Shown: positions 57,101-64,000 of the stretch, one piece after another | How positions within the stretch are numbered: position 1 is the first letter of the stretch | Layout: every line of letters begins with the position of its first letter | Assembly (NCBI GenBank): GCA_963790825.1 | Contig: CAWBPM010000002.1 | Location: forward strand, 618,815-682,814 | DNA from: Candidatus Levyibacteriota bacterium | Lineage (GTDB): Bacteria; Patescibacteriota; Microgenomatia; Levybacterales; UBA12049 | Direction: 5' to 3' | Length of the DNA stretch: 64,000 bases | Position numbers and translations under genes: made by a program | The notes under the pieces: model-generated | What the model saw: the letters and a program-made list of their open reading frames with translations, nothing else | Told to the model about the DNA's origin: nothing | Databases searched by the model: none

Positions 57101-58233
57101 TTACATTTACACCTACCAACGGCACTACTTCGACTGCCGGATCAGTGGTATATGATACCACATCCGGACAATACACTGTTCAGGGTTTATTGCCCGGATC
57201 ATACATAATTTCTTACTTAGGGCCTTTACCTGTCCACTATTTCCCTGTCTATCCGGTCGGTGCCCCTTTCCCGTCGTATGTTGTCACTGTCGGTCCCGGC
57301 TGCAGCGTTGACGGCACAACAGGAGGTAGTTGTGATCCTGCAGGTAGTATTTCAGATTTGGATTTCGCAATCAGCGATTCAACTCCCTGGATACAAATAC
57401 GAGGTTTAGACGGCAGATTCGATAATGGTTACGAAGATAAAATTCCTCCCGGTATTACGGCAGCTTGCGGACCATATGAAGCAGTTCCCCAATCTTCAAT
57501 TCCTCCGGCTACTCCCGGAATTATTTTCTCAGGTGACCAGACAAGTTTGTTTGACTCGGGATCATCATCTACTACCGGTTGGGTTGTCGGTGGGCCGACA
57601 TATCCGGAAGTATTTACCCCTAAAACTGCCGGCGTAATGAAAACTTCTTATAATTATCTTCTGAGTCTTGCTCAACAATCGAACGTACCAATTACCGATC
57701 TCTCAACCATTTGCAATCTGAGCAATTGTACTTTGCCTAACGGTCTTTCACACGGAGTTTACCAATCTAACGGTGATCTTACGTTAAATAGCTTTATATT
57801 CCAAGGAAATAGTAATTATGTCATATTGGTAGCTGGAAACTTACATGTTATGGGAAATATCCAAGTAACTTCCGGTAGTACTGCCATTTTTTCTGTTGGT
57901 AAAGATATTATTTTCGATAAAACTATCGGAGATCTTAATCCTATTTGTCCACCGACGTCTTCTCATATCGAAGGCTTATACAGTAGTGATCAGAACATCA
58001 TAATCGACGGTAATGACAATTGCGTGGTTGGTCCGGATAATATGCTAAACGTTCAAGGCGCATTGGTCGCCAATGCCGGTTCCACAGGCGGTTCGTTGCT
58101 TTTGCATAGAGATCTCTGCGGAAATAATTTTATTGGCCCGGCTTTAACTGTTACCCAGCGGCCTGATTTTATTCTAAATGCTCCTGATTTTATTAAGCAG
58201 CAAAACTATTTTTTCCAGGAAGTCGCCCCATAA
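54133..58233 (+). CDS. large surface protein: CBM4/9-like, beta/gamma-crystallin, SdrD-B repeats, vWA, C-terminal beta-rich domain
   Basis: NLLQNPSFD; LYTNINWTG/LYSGTNYTG; GNVFVDTNDDGVQD...TDSAGNY; VLDSSGSM...VFLTDG MIDAS. Confidence 0.88.
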   Translation: MQFSLIKFYPKSLHVFRIFSTRFLGVFIALLLFQATSPVQKAYAQYAGNLLQNPSFDTTSPNWPSPWYMSVYPDAAATVTQDMSTYVDGNSSARVDINTASPTFWHIQLLQTDVPISQGVSYTITFWAKATTARTINVVDQMGLYPYNSYFSQDIDITTSWQQYTITFTAPVNDSRSLFTFNIGLQTGSVWFDATSFHFTLPDDYCYGQGVYLYTNINWTGACARFTADTPDLTSSIGNGTAQSVRLVGDYAATLYSGTNYTGSSSAVTSDVADLSTTDVGQKAVSSLQIAVPTPTPTILLAPTATPSGTTYSITGNVYNDLNKNGAKDLSPTWQQLTSTVTVDYNDRTSLGISVIMEGASGTDSFQVDDISLQLDSGPNLITNPGCEADTSDWAGTQATLSQDTTDFHSGSASCNVQQTTGDQFSISDQPATVSNPPMGQQYTATVWVRTDSLNKPVWLSITMSGGANPDVTTYSPAFAMNSSEPNYSGGAVIQLSDGEQTVTDANGNYAFNNEPSGTYTVSLASTSIYTPTTSSSQTIDLTSGDQTVNFGLYYTSYTLAGNVFVDTNDDGVQDGSETGFPAGTVTIAGPVSKQVTTDSAGNYSIPNLPTGIYIVQYALPFGYTTSTTNPVTISLVANTIVNFGLSPYTPAVLTNSCGAAAPEADIMLVLDSSGSMGEGSKIHDAIAAAQSFVDTVASQHPASQVGLVTYSTTVHIVDPLMQDHGANQTKLDHDLGTAVADGTTCGLCAMQEAVNQLESGHHGNDTRVIVFLTDGIENYLPGGHDQVPPQTAQDPILALADQEHNDHGTSFFTIGLGTDVDANFLQKLADDTEAKYYFTPTSDQLNSIYASIYYEITQGVGQVKGTVYKDVNFNRRLDAADLGLPSWIATLSNGTTTYTQVTDVSGNYTFTGICTGAYTLQEQAQPGWFQDSPRHPSNYAINVLNSSAITKKNFGNTQGYTVAGFVFDDRNKNQTFDSDETAFTSGLDITFTPTNGTTSTAGSVVYDTTSGQYTVQGLLPGSYIISYLGPLPVHYFPVYPVGAPFPSYVVTVGPGCSVDGTTGGSCDPAGSISDLDFAISDSTPWIQIRGLDGRFDNGYEDKIPPGITAACGPYEAVPQSSIPPATPGIIFSGDQTSLFDSGSSSTTGWVVGGPTYPEVFTPKTAGVMKTSYNYLLSLAQQSNVPITDLSTICNLSNCTLPNGLSHGVYQSNGDLTLNSFIFQGNSNYVILVAGNLHVMGNIQVTSGSTAIFSVGKDIIFDKTIGDLNPICPPTSSHIEGLYSSDQNIIIDGNDNCVVGPDNMLNVQGALVANAGSTGGSLLLHRDLCGNNFIGPALTVTQRPDFILNAPDFIKQQNYFFQEVAP

Positions 58234-58292
58234 AAAAAGCTTGCCTCTTCCTTATTGACAAGTTTGCCATAGTTTATTACGCTAATGTATAG

Positions 58293-61244
58293 ATGGAAAA
58301 TTCTACCGATCCTGTCGCGCGTATACCACGAAGTAAGGCAAGAATAGTAAGTATACTCTTCTTACTTCTCTTGGTTATTGCTATTCCGTTAACGGTTATT
58401 ACCTTGCAGCACCGTCAGGAAACCAGACAAAGGGCAAGTACTACGTCTATTCCCGCCTTCGTTCAAGAAAATGAAAATAAAATAACTTCCGGAACAACGG
58501 TCAGTACGACCTTTGCCAAACCAAACACTGCAGGTAATCTGATCGCTGTCTATGTGCTTTGGAACAACGCTGGGACAGCTTCGATAAAAGACAGTTTGGG
58601 AAATACCTACACCAGCGCAACTGGCCCTTTGAGTTGGAACAATAACACCTGGAGAGGACAGGTCTTTTACGCCAAAAATATCTTAGGTGGCTCCAACACG
58701 ATTACAGTCACCTTCTCGCAAGGTGTCACTTCTTTTGGCATTATGTATACACATGAGTATTCCGGCCTTGATCCTGCCAATCCTATTGATGTTACCCAGG
58801 GAGCAATTGGTACGTCTTCAGCTATGAGTAGCGGATTGGTAACGACAACCAATGCGAATGATCTTATCTTTGGAGCCGGAGCTTCAAGTGCAGGTATAAC
58901 CGCTGGAGAAAGTGGCTTTACTGTCAGAACAACTGGATATGGCAATATGACAGAAGACGAAGATGTGACTAATACCGGCTCGTATGCCGCAACAGCAACT
59001 CAGAATAGTGTTGCATGGATTATGCAAATGGTTGCTTTTAAAGCAGCTAGCACCACGCTTTCCCCAAGTCCAACTCTCGCCACAGGAACAGCTGGTGTTT
59101 GCAGTACAAATGCACCGGTTGACGTAGTTTTGCTTGTTGATACCTCTGGAAGTATGTCTGAGCCGGCACAATCTGGATCAACAGCAACAAAGATTACACA
59201 ACTAAAACAAGCAGCCACAAGCTTTGTTAACGGTGCTCTTGGACTAGCAAATAATAATTATGAAATAAGTCTTGTATCCTTCACAGATAAAGCAACCATA
59301 CTTTCAGATTTCACCAATAACGTCTCGACCTTAACATCCGACATAAACTCATTACAAGCAACGAACACCACCTGCACAGAATGCGGGGTAGACGCTGCTA
59401 ACCAAGAAATAACCAATCATGGCAGGAGCAATGTAAAAAAGGCTGTCATACTTCTAACCGATGGATTTGCAAACGTAATCGAAAAAACAGCCGGAAATTA
59501 CACAAGTTCAGTTGACCCTGCAAGCTGTACTGCAACTCAAAATAATGATAAAGCTTGTACGCTTGCTGAAACACCAACACTTTCATTAGTAACCACAGGA
59601 CACACTGCAAGCAATACAACATATTTTACAATTGGACTTGGCACAGCCGGAACTACAGTAAATCAAAACTTCCTCCAGCAAATTGCCGACAGCACGACAG
59701 GACAATACTATAACGATCCAACAGGAAACGATTTAACTAGTATCTATACCAATCTCCAAGAGGTCATAGGTCAAGGCGGCATAAGTGGTTTTGTCTTCAA
59801 TGATACCAATGCAAATGGCCAATACGATTCTACCGAAACGAAAGTGACGGGTAGAACTGTTACGCTCTCCTCAAGCGCGAGCGGAACCTCCACACAATCA
59901 ACCGTAACAGATGCGACAGGTGACTATTCGTTCGTTGGGCTATGTAACGGCAATTATACGATAACGGATAGCATTCCCTCAGGCAGCATTATTACCGACC
60001 CCAAGACAAATAACGGCGTATACATTGACACAATTACAAATGATCAAACAATCCCGAATCAAAACTTCGGAGAAGCAATAATTCCGACATCTACACCAAT
60101 ACCCACTCCCCCATCTGCTCCGGTAGTTACAATTAATGGTTGTATCACAGGACCTGTGAGTGGAACGAACAATTTAACCCTTTCCTGGAATGATAGTAAT
60201 GTCTCTTCAGTCAATATAGGGACAGACCCATCATATTCTACCTATTACGCTAAGAATGCTCCAGGAGTATTAAGCACAACAGCTCCCATAGGTTTTTTTG
60301 GGGGTAGCAGTAACGTCTCAGGATTACAACTCGTGCTTAGTCCTAATACCACTTACTATGCTACAGTTTGGGATGGAGTCACCAGTCAGCTAAGTAGTCA
60401 AGCTCCTTTCTCACTTTCTCTTTGCGCCACTCCAACTCCGACGGTAACATTAACACCGACACCAAAGCCGACGAATACACCCACTCCCACTGCGACTCCT
60501 GTACCGACGTCTACCCTAACACCCACACCCCGCCCGACGAATACACCTACTCCAACCCCAACTTTTACTCCTACACCTACTCCAAGACCAACCAGCACTC
60601 CGACACCTATTCCTACCGATACGCCCTTCCCAACCAGTACGCCGGTACCCCTAGCTACTACCCTTAATTTTACAGTGTTCCTCCACGGTATCGGAAACAG
60701 TGGAGATAATGCCAACCCGAATACTTTTTCTTTAAGTAATCACAGCCCGCTTCACCCGGAACGCCCAGCTACTATCGAAGTGTATGATAGTAATAATCAA
60801 CTCGTTAAAAGCACTACGGGTACACTCACGTACAGCAGTAATGCAGGAAATTTCACCGCCAATACTATTAGCCTAGGGACAGCATTTACTACCGGAGATT
60901 ACAATATTAAAATAAAAACAGATCGCTATCTGAAAAAATTAGTGCCGGGAATAGTACACATTACTGCCGGACAAAGTAATCTTGTACCAACGGTAACACT
61001 GGTTGCCGGAGATATTAACGGGGATAATAATTTAAATATCCTTGATTACAATACCTTGCTTGATTGCGGCTATGGAGCGTTTACTCCGCTTCCCATGACT
61101 GATCCGAACTCTCTTTATAACAGTGCTTCCTGTCAATCTCACCAGCCGTATGTGGCCAATGCTGATCTTAACGACGACGGAACTGTGGACTATACTGACT
61201 TCAATTTATTTGTCCGCGAGTTATCTGTACAAAATGGAGATTAA
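58293..61244 (+). CDS. membrane-anchored surface protein: vWA, SdrD-B, PT linker, Ig-like + dockerin
   Basis: TM + QETRQRA; VDTSGSM, LLTDG; (PT)n; [14 protein letters not shown]...[14 protein letters not shown]. Confidence 0.88.
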   Translation: MENSTDPVARIPRSKARIVSILFLLLLVIAIPLTVITLQHRQETRQRASTTSIPAFVQENENKITSGTTVSTTFAKPNTAGNLIAVYVLWNNAGTASIKDSLGNTYTSATGPLSWNNNTWRGQVFYAKNILGGSNTITVTFSQGVTSFGIMYTHEYSGLDPANPIDVTQGAIGTSSAMSSGLVTTTNANDLIFGAGASSAGITAGESGFTVRTTGYGNMTEDEDVTNTGSYAATATQNSVAWIMQMVAFKAASTTLSPSPTLATGTAGVCSTNAPVDVVLLVDTSGSMSEPAQSGSTATKITQLKQAATSFVNGALGLANNNYEISLVSFTDKATILSDFTNNVSTLTSDINSLQATNTTCTECGVDAANQEITNHGRSNVKKAVILLTDGFANVIEKTAGNYTSSVDPASCTATQNNDKACTLAETPTLSLVTTGHTASNTTYFTIGLGTAGTTVNQNFLQQIADSTTGQYYNDPTGNDLTSIYTNLQEVIGQGGISGFVFNDTNANGQYDSTETKVTGRTVTLSSSASGTSTQSTVTDATGDYSFVGLCNGNYTITDSIPSGSIITDPKTNNGVYIDTITNDQTIPNQNFGEAIIPTSTPIPTPPSAPVVTINGCITGPVSGTNNLTLSWNDSNVSSVNIGTDPSYSTYYAKNAPGVLSTTAPIGFFGGSSNVSGLQLVLSPNTTYYATVWDGVTSQLSSQAPFSLSLCATPTPTVTLTPTPKPTNTPTPTATPVPTSTLTPTPRPTNTPTPTPTFTPTPTPRPTSTPTPIPTDTPFPTSTPVPLATTLNFTVFLHGIGNSGDNANPNTFSLSNHSPLHPERPATIEVYDSNNQLVKSTTGTLTYSSNAGNFTANTISLGTAFTTGDYNIKIKTDRYLKKLVPGIVHITAGQSNLVPTVTLVAGDINGDNNLNILDYNTLLDCGYGAFTPLPMTDPNSLYNSASCQSHQPYVANADLNDDGTVDYTDFNLFVRELSVQNGD

Positions 61245-62559
61245 TAAAAAAAAAATTATTCACAAAGATGTATTCATAGGTTTGATTTTGGGACTTCTGG
61301 TTATTAGTATTCCCTTAACTGTTTTTATTTTGCAAAAATCACAGGAGAGCCGGTCTCGTGCTACTGCTGCTACGACCCTTTCTTTTATGCCCGCTTCTAC
61401 CCAGACCAGTCCGCTTCAGTTTACCGTGAATGATAGTTTTATACTTAATCCGACAATTAATCCCGGCACCAATTTAGTCACTTTGGTAAAATTGGAAATT
61501 ACCTATGATCCGTCTAAACTTGCACCGAACGGCGCGAATTCATTCGCGCCGAATACTGCAGCATTTCCGGTTATTACGCAACAGCCCATTTATTCCCCTG
61601 GGGTTATTCAAGTAATTATGGAAATCGGTAGCAACCCCACTAATGCAATTCAGACAACAACCAGCCTGGGTACGATTAGTTTTAATGCGCTTTCTCCAAC
61701 AACTTCGGGAACTCCGACACAGGTAGTTTATACAACTACTTCTGAAGTGCTTTCACTTGGCAGTAATGACCAAGCTGCAGAAAATGTGCTTTCTTCAACA
61801 ACTCCTGCTTTTATCGAAATCAATTCACCAATTCCGACTCCCACTAATACCCCTGTTCCTACATTAACTCCGACACCAACATTACTTCCGACGAATACTC
61901 CCACCCCAACACCTACCAGTACGCCGATTCCGACGGATACGCCTTTCCCGACCAGTACTCCGGTACCGTTGTCCACAGTCCTTAACTTCACTGTCTTTCT
62001 CCACGGCATCGGCAACAGCGGAGACAACGCTAACCCGAATACTTTTTCTTTAAGTAATCACAATCCGCTACATCCGGAGCGTAATCTCTCAGTTGAGATT
62101 TATGATAAGACAAATCAGTTTGTTTCTTCGTCTTCAGGAACTCTCGTGTTTGACGCGAATGCAGGAAACTTTAGCGCAAGTATTGATATGGGGACTGCTT
62201 TTTTGACAGGTGATTATAATATTTACATCAAATCAGATAAATATCTCAAGAAACTTATTCCCGGAATTCAAAAAATAACAGCCGGACAAACAAATACTGC
62301 AGTAGTAACAACGCTTATTGCCGGAGATATCAATGACGATAATACGCTTGATATTCTTGATTATAATGCCCTTTTAGATTGCGGCTATGGAGAAATAACC
62401 TCGCTTCCCATGACAGATCCGAATTCCGTATTTAATAGCGCGATGTGCCAAGCACACCAACCGTATACTATTAATACAGATTTGAATGATGACGGGATTA
62501 TTGATGCAACCGACTTTAATCTTTTTATTCGTGAACTATCTGTACAAAATGGAGATTAA
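61234..62559 (+). CDS. membrane-anchored cohesin-like + PT linker + dockerin protein
   Basis: ATG 61234 overlaps the upstream stop; QESRSRA; [10 protein letters not shown]...LGTISFNA; [14 protein letters not shown]...[13 protein letters not shown]. Confidence 0.87.
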   Translation: MEINKKKIIHKDVFIGLILGLLVISIPLTVFILQKSQESRSRATAATTLSFMPASTQTSPLQFTVNDSFILNPTINPGTNLVTLVKLEITYDPSKLAPNGANSFAPNTAAFPVITQQPIYSPGVIQVIMEIGSNPTNAIQTTTSLGTISFNALSPTTSGTPTQVVYTTTSEVLSLGSNDQAAENVLSSTTPAFIEINSPIPTPTNTPVPTLTPTPTLLPTNTPTPTPTSTPIPTDTPFPTSTPVPLSTVLNFTVFLHGIGNSGDNANPNTFSLSNHNPLHPERNLSVEIYDKTNQFVSSSSGTLVFDANAGNFSASIDMGTAFLTGDYNIYIKSDKYLKKLIPGIQKITAGQTNTAVVTTLIAGDINDDNTLDILDYNALLDCGYGEITSLPMTDPNSVFNSAMCQAHQPYTINTDLNDDGIIDATDFNLFIRELSVQNGD

Positions 62560-62575
62560 TAAAAAACACTAAACT

Positions 62576-64000
62576 ATGAGAGGCTTTTTAAGTTCTAAAA
62601 GAAATGCATCTTTGGCCTTACTGACGCTTCTACTTCTTATCAGTTTGCCGGTAACCCTAATCGTCTTGCAAAAACCTCAGGAAGATAGAAGTCATGCGCA
62701 GGCTTCAACCTTGCTTTCGTTTAGTCCCGCTTCAACACAGACTTCTCCTACGCAAGTAAGTCTTAATGATTCGGTCAGTTTACAGCCGATGCTAGACCCG
62801 GGAAATAATTTAGTCTCGATAGTAAAATTAGAAATTGATTATGATCCTACTAAGCTTGCGCCTGATGGTACAAATGCTTTTACCCCAAACACGACATCTT
62901 TCCCCACTGTTCTCGAAGGGCCGATATATGACTCAGGTAAAATGCAGGTCCTCATATCTGTTGGTTCAGACCCGACCAAAGCCATAAGTACGCCAACTTC
63001 TCTCGGAACAATAAAACTAAAAGCAATTTCTCCAACAAATAATGCTACAACAGAAGTAACATATAATACAAATGTCGTCCAAATACTTTCTGTCGCCTCG
63101 TCCGACCAGGCAGCTGAGAATGTTTTTTCCTCAGCCACTCCTGCTTATATTTCAATAAACTCTTCTTCAACGCCAACGATAACAACAATGCCAACCTCAA
63201 CCAATGTAAAAATAATTTCTCCGGCGCTGAATGATACTATATGCATGGGTAAGCCCTATACTATTACCTGGCAAGGAACGACAGACATACAAGGCATCAT
63301 GTTTCAAATAGTCTCCCCGCAACCAAACAGTTTTGCTGTACCCATATCATCGGTTTTAGCCATAAATGGTCAGCCTGTTTCCGGAAAAAGCGGGTATATC
63401 CAAGACTCATACATCTGGACCGTCGGCCAGTTGCTCAGTAATCAGTTTGGTGCACTCGCCCCAGGTTTCGGCTATAAGCTTGAGGCGTTGGCATATGTCG
63501 GTAACTCTGATACAGTTTTTGATAGCGATTTATTTAGTATCTCTAATAATAGCAATTGCAGCAACACACCAACTCTTGTTCCAACAAGTACCCCTATACC
63601 TAGTACTACTTTAAGCCTAGCTATATTTCTACACGGCGTTGGCTTAAGTGGAGATAATGTAAACGAAAACAATTCAGATCTTAGCAATAAAATGCCCCTG
63701 CACCCTGAACGTAACCTAATAGTAGAGTTCACAAATGACCAAAACAAGCTCTTGGCGACAGCTAATACGACAATTACCTATAATAGTGATCTTGGCGATT
63801 TTATCGGTACTGTTCCAGTACCCAACGTTGTTGGGAACGGATCATACAACATAACGGTAAAAACCGACAAGTATCTCAGAAAACTTGTTTCGGGTATTCA
63901 AAATCTAAGGTTATATCAAATGAATACTTTACCCAAAATTACACTCACTGCCGGAGATGTTAATGGCGATAATAAGCTAGATCTGCTTGACTATAATATA
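62576..64000 (+). CDS. membrane-anchored cohesin-like + Ig + dockerin protein (runs off the window)
   Basis: Not in ORF track; MRGFLSSKRNASLALLTLLLLISLPVTLIVLQKPQEDRSHAQA...LEIDYDPTKL...FLHGVGLSGDN...AGDVNGDNKLDLLDYNI. Confidence 0.87.
   Translation, partial: MRGFLSSKRNASLALLTLLLLISLPVTLIVLQKPQEDRSHAQASTLLSFSPASTQTSPTQVSLNDSVSLQPMLDPGNNLVSIVKLEIDYDPTKLAPDGTNAFTPNTTSFPTVLEGPIYDSGKMQVLISVGSDPTKAISTPTSLGTIKLKAISPTNNATTEVTYNTNVVQILSVASSDQAAENVFSSATPAYISINSSSTPTITTMPTSTNVKIISPALNDTICMGKPYTITWQGTTDIQGIMFQIVSPQPNSFAVPISSVLAINGQPVSGKSGYIQDSYIWTVGQLLSNQFGALAPGFGYKLEALAYVGNSDTVFDSDLFSISNNSNCSNTPTLVPTSTPIPSTTLSLAIFLHGVGLSGDNVNENNSDLSNKMPLHPERNLIVEFTNDQNKLLATANTTITYNSDLGDFIGTVPVPNVVGNGSYNITVKTDKYLRKLVSGIQNLRLYQMNTLPKITLTAGDVNGDNKLDLLDYNI

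Noticed and set aside
60420-60660. Repeat-like DNA in the large surface genes
   Set aside because: Explained by Pro-Thr linker coding with varied codons; the antisense GV-rich ORFs are shadows.

Overview
AT-rich bacterial chromosomal segment, genetic code 11. It most resembles a Patescibacteria/CPR (Microgenomates-like) genome; this is inferred from the short EF-Ts, many orphan ORFs, GT-C glycosyltransferases, pilin-like and cohesin/dockerin surface proteins. It carries housekeeping genes (dnaX-ybaB, ybeY-rpsU, proS, rpsB-tsf...frr-rseP), the oxidative pentose phosphate genes (zwf, gnd, pgl), a serine/folate/thymidylate neighbourhood (glyA, serC, serB-serA fusion, folA, CofE-like ligase, thyA, dcd, dut-like), two related IS481-like elements and a terminal array of large surface proteins. 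No rRNA, tRNA or CRISPR array was recognised. The most unusual signals are: (i) four copies of a long strand-specific hairpin with an invariant GCA/AA internal loop and covarying stems; (ii) a stand-alone PurD-like ATP-grasp ligase facing a small HExxE metalloprotein; (iii) tandem membrane-anchored cohesin+dockerin proteins; (iv) a family of heptamer/palindromic miniature repeats that sit at TAG stop codons, show an 8-bp target duplication in one case, and are translated in frame inside DnaX, S2, Zwf and Pgl; (v) pervasive leaderless-type promoters.
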